A DNA stretch of 64,000 bases. Origin: Nitrososphaerota archaeon. GTDB taxonomy: Archaea > Thermoproteota > Nitrososphaeria_A > Caldarchaeales > Calditenuaceae. The notes under the pieces were generated by a model that saw only the letters and a list, made by a program, of their open reading frames with translations, made no database searches and had not been told where the DNA came from. Each line of letters opens with the position of its first letter. Position 1 is the stretch's first letter. The position numbers were made by a program, and so were the translations under genes. Location: assembly GCA_041641295.1 (NCBI GenBank), contig JBEPYO010000001.1, forward strand, positions 1,486,300 to 1,550,299. The letters run 5' to 3'. This document shows, in pieces, positions 30,976-40,909 of this stretch.

Positions 30976-32030
30976 ATGATAAAATCTGAGATAAAGAGCT
31001 CTTTGTTGGAATTTGCGAGGCGGCTGCTTGACTCGCCTCAGTTTAGAGAGGAAGTTGAAAAAGATAGGAGGGTCTTGAGAGAGTTTATTGAGCGTTTCCC
31101 CTTCAGGAAGAATCCCTCACTTATAGACGAGTTAACTCCTGAAAAGTTGTATAATCCGGGAAAATCGCGCGAGTGGTTCTTCTATTTCTTTGAATTCTAT
31201 TTGAGACGCGTTGGAACTATAGCCATACATGGTGATAAACCGTGGCGCGAGGCGTGTAGTAAAATAGACATATTTAAACAACTGTTAAAACTAGTTGTTG
31301 ACGACTCTAAATCTATTCATGAAAGGATTGATGATGAGCGGTGGAGCCAGCTCAAAGGCTGGGGAGGTGACAAACATTGTGTCAAAAAAAGCTATTCGTC
31401 TATTATCCAGAAAAACTGCTACCCACTTTTAAGACCGAACTGTTAGAAAACCAACTTAATGGCCTTGGGCTGAGAGATAAAGCCGAAATTGAGGCGCAGA
31501 GAAGATTTAATGAGAAACTTGAAAACCTCACGGTGGGCAAAAAATTCGAGATATATAATGAAATATTGATCGACTCTGTCCAGAGTGTATTGACGCGCGA
31601 CTATGAATGGGATACTTGTGCTATTGCGAGGCTTCTGGGCGAGTTCATTCCATCACCTAGGCCGATAATAAGTCGTAAGTCGGTTGAAAGCCCCTCACCT
31701 TTATCTAAAGTTCCCATGCTTTATGAGCCCGTCAATGAGCTCGGTGTAGTTCTCCTATTTGGCATGTATCACAGAGAGCTAGGATTTCCATACATAATTA
31801 AGGTTCAGCAGTCTTTTCCAGATATGATTGCCCTTGACGAAGAGGGTGACTATTGCCGAATAGAGTTTGAGTATAAATCATCATCCTTCATACAGCACGG
31901 ACACGACCCCGACGGTTGCGACTACATTGTCTGCTGGATAGACGACCTAGACGACCAATCACCCCTAAAAGAGAAGACAATATCCTTACGAGAGGAGATA
32001 TTTGAAGGTCAAGAAAACGAGCCAGAGTAA
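30976..32030 (+). pseudogene. Restriction-like PD-(D/E)XK nuclease split by a frameshift at an A7 tract (ORFs 30976..31446 and 31377..32030)
   Basis: One extra base at 31384-31390 joins GGDKHCVKK to LFVYYPEKLLPTFKTE; C-terminal FPD...RIEFEYKS...HGHD..CDYIVCW nuclease-like domain. Confidence 0.75.
31384..31390 (+). repeat. A7 homopolymer at nuclease frameshift
   Basis: gtcAAAAAAAgcta. Confidence 0.9.
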
Positions 32031-32093
32031 TCATTCGTGGAATTATGAAGAGTAGGATGTCTGGATTGGTGGGTTCAAATTCCACCTCTGGCG
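32021..32093 (+). ncRNA. tRNA-like element or pseudo-tRNA (no credible anticodon arm)
   Basis: 73 nt; GCCAGAG pairs 7/7 with CTCTGGC, G73; T8; TCAT/ATGA D-like stem with GG in loop; T-stem GTGGG/TCCAC with TTCAAAT at positions 54-60. Confidence 0.6.
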
Positions 32094-32235
32094 TGCAATT
32101 TAGAAATCCAAAAATATTATAGTCCTTTGACGAACTTCTACAAAAAAATATAGGTAAGACTTACACAGTTTGGCTTACTTTCATAGGTGAGGAAGAAATA
32201 GGGGCTGTGCAGCTTACTTGAACGAATTATTACCT

Positions 32236-32706
32236 TCAGCTTTTCCGGATAAATGTTCCCTCTAGTATATATTCCACGTTATCGTTGAGCGTAGCTACCA
32301 ATTTAATAAAAACTTCTTTGTCACTTATCCATTTGATATCGATATTTTCTCTGAACTTTTTTCCTTCACGCTCGCTCTCATGAATAAGTTGTATGTGATT
32401 CTCCTCTACTAACTCTGCTATGTGATCATGTGTGGTGCCAAGATTATCTACTGAGAACCAGTGAAGCTTTCCGTCGAAGGGATCGTATCCTATGATGTTC
32501 CCTCCATCAAGTCTCATAACGCCCGGAATTTCTGCATTTTCCTCCATGTAAAGACCATTACCGTCAGCTATTTTCCGGAAATTCATAAAATACTTAAAAT
32601 TATAAGATTTGTCACCCATCTGCATGTGTGCTTTAGCTTCCCATTTACCTTCAAGCGTAAGAACTTTGTTTAGGATTTCAGGCAATATATCCATTGTTTC
32701 CCCCAT
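32236..32706 (-). CDS. DUF1579-like beta-barrel protein
   Basis: LEGKWE..., IGYDP..KLHWFSVDNLG pattern; likely start ATG 32706 rather than 32829. Confidence 0.65.
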   Translation of the reverse strand: MGETMDILPEILNKVLTLEGKWEAKAHMQMGDKSYNFKYFMNFRKIADGNGLYMEENAEIPGVMRLDGGNIIGYDPFDGKLHWFSVDNLGTTHDHIAELVEENHIQLIHESEREGKKFRENIDIKWISDKEVFIKLVATLNDNVEYILEGTFIRKS

Positions 32707-32913
32707 TAGTTTACTCTGTGGAATATAAGTTTGTTCTAGGGACGCTGATGGTGAGGGGGAGCCAGCCCTCATGCTATATAAAATACTCGCATTATTTAAA
32801 TATGGACTGAAATAATGGCATCGACGCAAATTCGCAGAGTTCTAAAGGAGGGTTTTTTGATATCTGTTGTGTAGCCCATAAACGATTATTTACCGCTGCT
32901 TCACACAGAAGAT

Positions 32914-33675
32914 ATGCATCGGTATTTACAGGTTTCGCGCGAGGGTTTAGTGACTTGGGTTGTCTTCAACAGGCCTGAGAAGCTTAATGCCTTAAACGGG
33001 GAGATGTGGAAAGAGCTTCATGAGGTCGTGTCGAGTTTAAGCTTGGACGGCTCAAGGGCTGTGGCGTTCACCGGTGTTGGGAGGGCTTTCTCAGCGGGTG
33101 ATGACGTATACGAAATGGCGTCTCTGGGGGACTTGGAGAGGTCTGTAGAGTTTTTTAGCAGGATTCAAAAGACATTGGAAGCCCTGCTGGAGTTGGAGAA
33201 GCCCGTCATAGCCGGTGTCAACGGCCTGGCTTACGGTGGTGGATGCGAGCTGTTGCTTTTGGCAGACGTGGTTGTTGCCTCCGAAGACGCCGTGTTTGCG
33301 CTGCCCGAGGCTAGGCTTGGGCTAATACCTCCCATAGCTCTCGCAGTAGGCGGGTATGTTCTCGGCTTGCGAAGAATCTCGAGGCTTGTCTTTACAGGTG
33401 AAGCCATAGATGCGCGTGAAGCCCTTTCGATAGGGCTGGTCGACTACGTGGTTCCCAAAGAGGCTGTGAGGGACAAGGTCGTCGAAGTAGCTGGAAAGAT
33501 ATCCCTCAACGGGCCTGGGGCTGTAAAATTCATGCGGAGGTGGCTTGCTAGGAGTAGGTCTCAGAACATCCGAGAAGCCTTGAGAGAGCTCTCCTCTATG
33601 GCCGTGTCCGACGAGGCCGTTGAAGGTATGAGGGCGTTTGTGGAGAAAAGAAAGCCTTCATGGGCATTGCAATAA
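32914..33675 (+). CDS. Enoyl-CoA hydratase/isomerase
   Basis: NRPEKLNAL, AFSAGDD, GGGCEL, PEARLGLIP, AFVEKRKP. Confidence 0.93.
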   Translation: MHRYLQVSREGLVTWVVFNRPEKLNALNGEMWKELHEVVSSLSLDGSRAVAFTGVGRAFSAGDDVYEMASLGDLERSVEFFSRIQKTLEALLELEKPVIAGVNGLAYGGGCELLLLADVVVASEDAVFALPEARLGLIPPIALAVGGYVLGLRRISRLVFTGEAIDAREALSIGLVDYVVPKEAVRDKVVEVAGKISLNGPGAVKFMRRWLARSRSQNIREALRELSSMAVSDEAVEGMRAFVEKRKPSWALQ

Positions 33676-33870
33676 TAAGCATGCCTGTTATGATGGTTGA
33701 GTTGTCGATTATTGCGAATTTGTGGAGTAATAAGTATTAGTTTTTGTCAAGCTTCATATCGACGCTGGCCTCCCATGTGCCTTTGATACTCTGATTGCAT
33801 AACCTAATGATAACCTTGAAGATTTTAGAAACTTATTGCTATCGTCTCAGTAATAGAATAGGTAAATGTG

Positions 33871-33889
33871 TTTGAAAAATGTTTTCAAA
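33871..33889. terminator. AT-rich inverted repeat between convergent genes, possible terminator
   Basis: TTTGAAAA-atg-TTTTCAAA just downstream of the VOC gene stop. Confidence 0.35.
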
Positions 33890-33897
33890 TATAGGGG

Positions 33898-34260
33898 TTA
33901 TCTCTTCACGGGGCTGCCTATCTCTATTACATTGCCTTCAGGGTCGGTGCAGTGTGCTGTACGCCAACCGTAGGGCTGGTCTACAGGTTTGTCTGTGAAC
34001 TTTACACCTTTTGCTTTCAACTGCTCATACTCTCTGTCTATATCATCGACGCTGAAGAACAGCTCGAAGCGATGATGCGGCTTTGCACCGCCTTCCCTAG
34101 CGGGATGCAACGCTAGAGTTGTACCTCCTGTCTCAAAAGAGCACCAGTCAAGGCCGTGATCCTCCTTGACCGGTAATCCAAGCTTATCTCGATAGAACTC
34201 TCGAGACTTGGCCATATCTTCTACCATGAGTGTTATATAGTCGAGCTTCATGAACAACAA
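33898..34260 (-). CDS. VOC/glyoxalase family protein
   Basis: FYRDKLGL, FSVDDID, PYGWRTA, DPEGNVIE. Confidence 0.9.
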   Translation of the reverse strand: MLFMKLDYITLMVEDMAKSREFYRDKLGLPVKEDHGLDWCSFETGGTTLALHPAREGGAKPHHRFELFFSVDDIDREYEQLKAKGVKFTDKPVDQPYGWRTAHCTDPEGNVIEIGSPVKR

Positions 34261-34319
34261 ACACCTCCTCGCTACTGACTACCGGCTGTTTATAAGAGTT
34301 ATGTCACAACAACCAGCGA

Positions 34320-34850
34320 TTGCATGTCGCCATTATTTTATACAGCTTCACACACATTGTCGCGATGAATGAGGCCGGTCAAATGGCCCGGCAGAGCACA
34401 GCCTTCAAGATTGGCTGGGTGCTTATGTTCGTAGCCTCGTTGGCAGCGATAGGTCTGGGGATCGTCATAGCTATTCCGACTCTAGACCCTGGTGCAGAAC
34501 CCTTCATGCAAGCTTCCCTGCAAAACGTAAGGATGCAAAATCCTAAAGTGGCTGATTGGGTCTGGCACGAGAATAAGGAGTCGATAATAGGTTTCATCCT
34601 GTTGGGTGTAGCTAGCGCCTCCATGACGTGGAACGCTGTGAGGAGGGGTGAGAGGTGGGCTTGGGCCACCGTGCTTCTCATAGCCGTCGGCTACGGCATA
34701 CTCTACATGGTTATACATATATCGATAGCATACCTCACTTACATACCTGCTGCAATAACGCTCACCGTACTGATCATCATCGGAGGAGCAATGACAGCCA
34801 AGACCGTCTTCAGACGGGAGCAGGAGAAGCAACTGCCAAAACCCTCATGA
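34320..34850 (+). CDS. Four-TM membrane protein (start probably downstream of 34320)
   Basis: Hydrophobic helices with RRGERWAW loop. Confidence 0.65.
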   Translation: MHVAIILYSFTHIVAMNEAGQMARQSTAFKIGWVLMFVASLAAIGLGIVIAIPTLDPGAEPFMQASLQNVRMQNPKVADWVWHENKESIIGFILLGVASASMTWNAVRRGERWAWATVLLIAVGYGILYMVIHISIAYLTYIPAAITLTVLIIIGGAMTAKTVFRREQEKQLPKPS

Positions 34851-34952
34851 CACTAGAGGAGACGGGCTCAACGGACCGATTGGTATGCCGGTACTCATCT
34901 TCGTCGTGATGGTTCGTCAACTTTTTATACATGGTGAAGCGTTGTCTCTTGG

Positions 34953-35858
34953 TTGTCTACTTCTAGGGCCGGTGATAAGGCAGTTATTCAGTGGGTTTTT
35001 ATAACCGTGTCAGACATCGGCAAGTCCCTGCAATTTTATACTAGGGTCTTGGGGCTCTCTGTTCTTTCATGGCTGGGTGAGAGGGCTGTGCTGGGGGTCA
35101 CAGGTGGTCCGCCGCTCCTGATACTAAGGGAGAAGAGGGGCGCTCTGCCTAAGCCAGAGGACAGGCGTGGACTCTACCACTTCGCTATCCGCATGCCCTC
35201 TAGGCTGGAGCTTGCTAGAGTGTTTTTGAGGCTTGCAGAGTATTGGGAGATTGATGGCGCCTCAGACCATCTGGTGAGTGAGGCACTCTACCTCCGGGAC
35301 CCCGACGGCCATGGTATTGAGGTCTATGCCGATAGGCCCTCCACAGGTTGGGGACGGGGGCATGGCGGGTTCATACGCATGGCTACGCTACCGCTCAACA
35401 TAGACTCGCTGCTAGGCGAGTTGAGGGGTGAGGGCAGGAAGGTAGCCCTTTCAGAGGACTGGAAGGCTCCACCAGGCACCAAAGTGGGTCACATACACTT
35501 ACACGTCTCGCGGCTTGAGAGGGCTGAGAAGTTTTACCATAGACTACTGGGCTTTGACATAACGTTTAGGCTGGGCGGCACAGCCATCTTCATGTCATAC
35601 GGAGGCTATCATCACCACATAGGTGCCAACACCTGGGCAGGCGTGGACGCGCCGCCACCCTCGGAAGAGCATGTAAAGCTGGAGAGCTTTGCCATAAACC
35701 TTGGCAGCTCTGACCGGCTCCGCGAAGTGAGGGCTCGGCTGGTGGAGAATGGTGTCGCCGTTAATGATGGGTTGGTGAACAGCCTAGAGGGCTTCGTCGG
35801 CTACACTGTGAGGGACTCTGACGACAATCTGGTGGAGCTGGTAGTACCACGAATATAG
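34953..35858 (+). CDS. CatE-like two-domain VOC protein (catechol 2,3-dioxygenase-like)
   Basis: GLYHFAI, GASDHLVSEALYLRDPDGHGIEVYADRP, GHIHLHV, YHHHIGANTW. Confidence 0.88.
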   Translation: MSTSRAGDKAVIQWVFITVSDIGKSLQFYTRVLGLSVLSWLGERAVLGVTGGPPLLILREKRGALPKPEDRRGLYHFAIRMPSRLELARVFLRLAEYWEIDGASDHLVSEALYLRDPDGHGIEVYADRPSTGWGRGHGGFIRMATLPLNIDSLLGELRGEGRKVALSEDWKAPPGTKVGHIHLHVSRLERAEKFYHRLLGFDITFRLGGTAIFMSYGGYHHHIGANTWAGVDAPPPSEEHVKLESFAINLGSSDRLREVRARLVENGVAVNDGLVNSLEGFVGYTVRDSDDNLVELVVPRI

Positions 35859-35933
35859 ATTTGTTCCGGGCGAAGACTCATGGGAAAAGTGTATGCGACT
35901 AAATCAGAGGATCCACTAGACGACGATTAGGGA

Positions 35934-36377
35934 TCACGATCTCTTACGTATTCCTGGTAGTTTTAGTGGTATGAATTTGAGTCCTAGACTCTTGGCGAGG
36001 CTCTGTATTGCATAGTCGTCAGTGACGACGTATACTTCTTCGAAGTTTTTTGCTAGGTCTAGGGCTGTTGCGAGTATCGACTCGTCTGTTTCTGATATTT
36101 CGTAGCCTTTCTTTCGGGCTATTTCCTTTGCGGCTGTTAGGGCTTCGGTGGAGGGTTGTATTGTTTTGATGATGCCTGCGGCCAGCATGGCTTCCAGCCG
36201 GGCTACCTGTATCTCTCCGTAAACCACCTCCTTGATGGCTAGGTCTGTGGTGTAGAGGTTTGCTCCTCCTCTGAAGCCCAGTATGAGGGCTGCAGTGTCT
36301 AGGACGTAGGCTCTCTTAGAGTCCGAGCCTCCTCCTGATCCTCTTTTCAAGGAGTGAGACCCCTGACGTCCTGACAA
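35934..36377 (-). CDS. Nob1-like PIN-domain ribonuclease
   Basis: YVLDTAALI, SETDESILATA, VTDDYAIQ; no C-terminal zinc ribbon. Confidence 0.8.
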   Translation of the reverse strand: MSGRQGSHSLKRGSGGGSDSKRAYVLDTAALILGFRGGANLYTTDLAIKEVVYGEIQVARLEAMLAAGIIKTIQPSTEALTAAKEIARKKGYEISETDESILATALDLAKNFEEVYVVTDDYAIQSLAKSLGLKFIPLKLPGIRKRS

Positions 36378-37110
36378 GTACGGTGCTGTAGCGGGACTTT
36401 GTAACCGTTATCTCGCCGCTTTCAAACTCGCGCCTGATTAGTCCGTCAATCACCACACAGAAGGGGCCTCTCTTCCCCCTCATGAATATCATCCTGTGGG
36501 CTGAGAAGACCATTGGCCTGATGTTGGTGATTGGGGCGACGGGTGTGGCGATTATTAGTTCCAGCTCTTCGTCTACGAGCGGTCCTCCTAGGGATGTGTT
36601 GTAGCCTGTGGATCCTACGGGTGTTGAGAAGACCATGCCGTCCGCGACTATGTTTTGGAGTCTGAGCCTCTCAACCTCTAGGTCAAACTCAACCACCTTG
36701 CCGGGCGAGGAGTTTGAGATGTATGCCTCGTTTACCACGTCTGATACGAGTTCGCCATCGATTGATATGTCAAGTCTCATGAACCTATCCAGCTTGTAGT
36801 TTCCCACGAGCAGGGACTTCACGGCGTGATCGGCCTCTGCCGGCGTGACGTCGGCGAGATAGCCCCCCCTCCCATAGGATATTGCGAGCACGGGGGTCTC
36901 GGGATCCTCAAGCGAGTGGATCGAGGAGAGTATAGTGCCGTCTCCCCCGAGTACTATTAGGAAGTCGCAGCTCAGGGGCCCCACCCCCTTCATACCCTCC
37001 GCCTCGTAGAGATCATATTCGCAGCCATGTTCTTGGAGTATTTTTCTTAGCTCGGCCGCCTTGCTCTCAGCCCCCACCTTGTCTCTTCTATACACTACTA
37101 TAACATACAA
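36316..37110 (-). CDS. nadK: NAD+ kinase
   Basis: LGGDGTIL, NE motif, DG...STPVGSTGYNTSLGGP. Confidence 0.92.
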   Translation of the reverse strand: MYVIVVYRRDKVGAESKAAELRKILQEHGCEYDLYEAEGMKGVGPLSCDFLIVLGGDGTILSSIHSLEDPETPVLAISYGRGGYLADVTPAEADHAVKSLLVGNYKLDRFMRLDISIDGELVSDVVNEAYISNSSPGKVVEFDLEVERLRLQNIVADGMVFSTPVGSTGYNTSLGGPLVDEELELIIATPVAPITNIRPMVFSAHRMIFMRGKRGPFCVVIDGLIRREFESGEITVTKSRYSTVLVRTSGVSLLEKRIRRRLGL

Positions 37111-37182
37111 CTCCTCCCCGCTATTGTTCTGCCGTCTGATAAAGCCATCGCCACCTTTTTCTCGGCACTAACCTGCGCTCAT

Positions 37183-38337
37183 TTAGGGTTCTCCAGCCAT
37201 GCCGGTCTTTTTGAGGAGTGTGTATGCGCCTGCGGGTGTTAGGGGGGCGTGGTGTAGTATGGTGTATCTCTCTGGGCGGAGGTTTTTGCACTCAAGCAGG
37301 GCTTTGACTGCAGCCTCTTCAGAGACCTCTATGTCTGCGATGCTTGTTGGTGCTCCTGCCCGCCTGAGGTATCCCCTCAGATCTTGGAACGTCAGCTCGA
37401 ATCCCTGTTGTGGTGGATAGTCGAAGTCCTCATACCTCGCAGCCATCAATATTGCGCCTATCCCCACCTGTTCGCCATGCAGTCCGACCCCCTCTCCCAC
37501 CATGTCGAGATAGTGGGAGAAGAGATGCTCCGCCCCTGAGCACGGCCTGGAAGACTCCGCGAGGGCCATAGCGAGCCCACACTTCACTGCCGCGGATGCG
37601 AGGGGTAGAACGTCTCTGCAACCCTCGTCGATGAATCTCCTAATGTCGAGAAGGGCGGATACGGTGAGGTTGAATGTTGTCTTGCAGAAGTATTCATCTT
37701 TGACGAGGTGGCCGAGAAGCCAGTCCCTCAGGGAGGTTGTCTTTGCGAGGATGTCGGCGCAGCCTGAGGAGATGAGTCTTTTGGGGGAGAGCTTAATCAA
37801 AGGCTCTGTTATCACCACCGTCTGAGGAGGCGTGGCCATTAGGCTGGTCCTCCTGGAGCCGAGCAGGATCGATGCAACTGGCGAAGCGATACCATCGTGA
37901 GAGATGGTTGTGGGTATGGAGATGAATGGTATGCCCAGCCTGTGGGCCGCATATTTGCAGACATCTATGACCGTGCCACCTCCGACAGCTACAGCCAGAG
38001 AACAGTTGGAGGCAGCCCTCTCGAGCTCCGAGACCGTCCCAATATCCGCCCTCTCCGCCTCAAACACTATCGAGTCATGGCCATGCTTGGTGAAATGTGC
38101 TTTAACGAGCTCGCCCGCAATTGTGCGCGTCCTCGGTCCAGTCACCACAACCGTTGGACCCCGCTGATCAAAACCTCCAGTAACTAGGTCTAGAAGCTCG
38201 CCAAGTGAGTCGCCAAAAAAGACTTGGCGCGTTGCGACCCTGTGTACTCTGCCGCAGCTACAGTCAAATTCCTCTCCGAGCCTAATCTCCGGGATAGTCA
38301 GCAAGGAGGATGGCATGTAGGAGCTAAAGCTTCTCAT
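37183..38337 (-). CDS. egsA: sn-glycerol-1-phosphate dehydrogenase
   Basis: GGGTVIDVCK, PTTISHDGIASP, SRPCSGAEHLFSH, LHGEQVG, RPERYTIL. Confidence 0.88.
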   Translation of the reverse strand: MRSFSSYMPSSLLTIPEIRLGEEFDCSCGRVHRVATRQVFFGDSLGELLDLVTGGFDQRGPTVVVTGPRTRTIAGELVKAHFTKHGHDSIVFEAERADIGTVSELERAASNCSLAVAVGGGTVIDVCKYAAHRLGIPFISIPTTISHDGIASPVASILLGSRRTSLMATPPQTVVITEPLIKLSPKRLISSGCADILAKTTSLRDWLLGHLVKDEYFCKTTFNLTVSALLDIRRFIDEGCRDVLPLASAAVKCGLAMALAESSRPCSGAEHLFSHYLDMVGEGVGLHGEQVGIGAILMAARYEDFDYPPQQGFELTFQDLRGYLRRAGAPTSIADIEVSEEAAVKALLECKNLRPERYTILHHAPLTPAGAYTLLKKTGMAGEP

Positions 38338-38435
38338 CTACGCGGCTTAAAAATCATAACTCTCGGCCTAACCCAACATGAGGGTTTGTATCACGACATG
38401 TTAATCATTTATATCCGCTCCGACACTCTAAACAT

Positions 38436-39401
38436 ATGTCCAGAAACACGGGTGAAGCTAAGCGTTTTTATCCGGCAGACTCCCTCAAATCTCCCCGCTT
38501 CACCGGCCCCTACACCTTTGCGAGACTACCACACACAAGGGATCTGGATGGGGTCGACACACTGTTTATAGGAGTCCCCTTTGACGGGGGTGTTGTTTTT
38601 AGGCCTGGTGCTAGGTTTGGTCCGGCGGCAGTTAGGCAGGCCTCGCTACTTCTACGCCTCTACAATCCATACCTCAGGGTTAAGCCCTTTGACGTCCTTA
38701 ACGTGGCAGATTATGGGGACATAAACATCGTGCCCAGCAGTGTAGAGTCTACGTATCAAGCCATCTCGCATGAGCTAGAAGCCGTCCACAGGAGGAGGAT
38801 AACGCCTGTAGTATGCGGCGGAGACCACTCGATCACCCTACCGCTGCTTAGGGAGGCGTCAAAGGCCTATGGGAAGCTGGCCCTCATCCACATTGACGCC
38901 CATCTAGACATGGTTGATCAACACTTCTCCCAGAAATACACCCATGGGACCGTCTTCAGAAGGGCATATGAAGAGGGCCTCATAGACCCGCACAGCTCGG
39001 TTCACGTGGGGATTAGGGGCAGCCTCTTCTCCGAGGACGAGATAAGCGAGACAGAGTCTCTCGGCTTCCAAGTCATAACCATGAGGTCAATCGAGGAGAT
39101 GGGCATAGAGGCTGTCTGCGACCAGATTAGGCGGAGGGTTGGCGGTGGAGTCGCGTACCTGTCATTCGACATAGACGCCTGCGACCCCTCATGCGCGCCC
39201 GGGACAGGCACACCAGAAATAGGCGGCCTCTCTTCTAGGGAGGCGCTAAGGCTCTTACACGGCCTCGCAGGCCTAGAGTTCGTGGGCTTCGACTTGGTTG
39301 AGGTATCCCCTCTATACGATCACGGAGAGATAACCGCATTCCTAGCCGCCAACATAATCTACGAGTTCCTATCCCTCAAAGCCTTAACAAAGAGTGGATA
39401 A
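38436..39401 (+). CDS. speB: Agmatinase (ureohydrolase)
   Basis: RPGARFGP, GGDHSIT, DAHLD, SFDIDACDP, APGTGTP. Confidence 0.9.
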   Translation: MSRNTGEAKRFYPADSLKSPRFTGPYTFARLPHTRDLDGVDTLFIGVPFDGGVVFRPGARFGPAAVRQASLLLRLYNPYLRVKPFDVLNVADYGDINIVPSSVESTYQAISHELEAVHRRRITPVVCGGDHSITLPLLREASKAYGKLALIHIDAHLDMVDQHFSQKYTHGTVFRRAYEEGLIDPHSSVHVGIRGSLFSEDEISETESLGFQVITMRSIEEMGIEAVCDQIRRRVGGGVAYLSFDIDACDPSCAPGTGTPEIGGLSSREALRLLHGLAGLEFVGFDLVEVSPLYDHGEITAFLAANIIYEFLSLKALTKSG

Positions 39402-39421
39402 AAAATTGTGGTGAGTGGGTG

Positions 39422-40909
39422 CTAATAGCTCAGTTTCAGGATGCTCTTCCACTCCTTCGTTAGCTCGGTTGTCGCAGTCACCTCGTCAACATTCCCCGCG
39501 ACATACTCTGTAATCCACTTGGCGATCGAATCCTCCAGCATCGGGTTCTCAGGCACATAGTTTCTGAACCCTGCCTTGAGCAGCGATTCTAGGAATACCT
39601 CCTTGAATATTCCAGGATACTTCGGGGCCAGGGACTCTATCACACTCTTCCTCCCAGGGAAGGAGGAGGCAACATTCCACTGCTTCACAGCAGACTCTGG
39701 CAGAACCAGGAACTGGGTGAACAGCCATGCTTCCCGTGGATTCTTCGAGTACCTGCTTACACCTATCTGCCAAGTACCGTCGATCGGGACTCCAGGCGCT
39801 GGGGAAACCCATATCTTACCCGCAGTCTCAGGATAGTTCTGAGCCCCCTTCTCGATGAAGTCTATGAAGGTAGAGGCCCATGAGCCAGCCCACATAGCTG
39901 CTTTTCCCCTACCCAAGAGCTCCATACACTCAGACCACTCAGTCTGCGTGGCGTTCGGGACATAGTTGCAGAGCTCCTTGAACAGCCTAGTGATCTTGAT
40001 TCCCATATCGGTTATCTCTGGGTCGAAGGCTATCCTGCCATCCTGTGTGAAGAGGTCACCCCACGGCTCAACCGGCTGACCAAGCTTAGCAATACCCTCA
40101 GGCGACCTCCTCCACTGGGCAAAGAGCCAGGCGTACTCCCAATGGATCGTGTGTGTCCTCATGGCCATAAATGCGTTTCCAGCTTCGACCGGTGAATCAG
40201 GGTTGTATCGCTTCGTGAAGAAACGTCCTATTGCTAATACGTCTTCAAGGGTCTTGGGGACGACTAGGCTTGTTGGAATCTTCTTGGGGTCGAGCCCTAG
40301 GTCCGGGGCCATTGACTGTAGGTCTGAGAGGTTCCTGTCAATCCACTTGCTGTACATGTCCTTTATCTTGGAGTCTTCCCACAGGTCTCTCCTGTAAAAC
40401 ATTGCCATCACGTTGGCCGTGATGACATATCCAATCCTCTTTCCTTCCCAATGCATATATCGCCGGTCGATGGTCTCTAGGAAGTCAGCATAATCCTCAC
40501 TCTTTAATATCTCCGCATCAGGGTAACGGGACCTGAGTTCTTCGATTGGGTAGAGGTGCGGGCCGAAAGCACCTGTGTAGATGCAGTCCCACATGTAGAC
40601 ATCGTACTCGCCCGCCCTAGTTGCGAAGTCGTGTAGCTGTCTATCCCTGCCCGTCTCCCAGTCAAAGAGGAGGAGCTCGACCTCAATATTCGGGTACTTT
40701 ATCTTAAAGTCCTCCTCTGCGACGGCCTTCATTCCGGGGGCTGAGTGTGCAATAGCGACGACTCTAATCTTCTTTTGAGTCGGCTGGAGTGAGCTCCATG
40801 CATAAAGGCCCGCGCCTGCAGCCACAGCAGCGATCGCGACGCCTATCCCAACCTTCGCCGCGGTGGAGATGGCTTCACGCCTGCTGATAAGCTCTTTTAG
40901 GTCGGCCAT
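39422..40909 (-). CDS. Sugar ABC transporter substrate-binding protein, Tat-exported
   Basis: SRREAIS twin-arginine motif plus TM helix; CUT1 SBP-like features; divergent from permeases. Confidence 0.82.
   Translation of the reverse strand: MADLKELISRREAISTAAKVGIGVAIAAVAAGAGLYAWSSLQPTQKKIRVVAIAHSAPGMKAVAEEDFKIKYPNIEVELLLFDWETGRDRQLHDFATRAGEYDVYMWDCIYTGAFGPHLYPIEELRSRYPDAEILKSEDYADFLETIDRRYMHWEGKRIGYVITANVMAMFYRRDLWEDSKIKDMYSKWIDRNLSDLQSMAPDLGLDPKKIPTSLVVPKTLEDVLAIGRFFTKRYNPDSPVEAGNAFMAMRTHTIHWEYAWLFAQWRRSPEGIAKLGQPVEPWGDLFTQDGRIAFDPEITDMGIKITRLFKELCNYVPNATQTEWSECMELLGRGKAAMWAGSWASTFIDFIEKGAQNYPETAGKIWVSPAPGVPIDGTWQIGVSRYSKNPREAWLFTQFLVLPESAVKQWNVASSFPGRKSVIESLAPKYPGIFKEVFLESLLKAGFRNYVPENPMLEDSIAKWITEYVAGNVDEVTATTELTKEWKSILKLSY

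Larger units (their letters stand above)
23100..32200. mobile_element. AT-rich defence island (boundaries approximate; no integrase seen)
   Basis: Visibly lower GC than flanks, RM and nuclease cargo, disrupted ORFs, tRNA-like element at right end. Confidence 0.6.

Noticed and set aside
31383-31392. Canonical A_AAA_AAG -1 slippery site
   Set aside because: In the upstream reading frame the codons are GTC AAA AAA AGC, so the heptamer is not in canonical phase
32021-32093. Calling the element a functional tRNA with anticodon AGG
   Set aside because: Anticodon stem does not pair in canonical register, position 61 is T rather than C, and A34 anticodons are essentially absent in archaea
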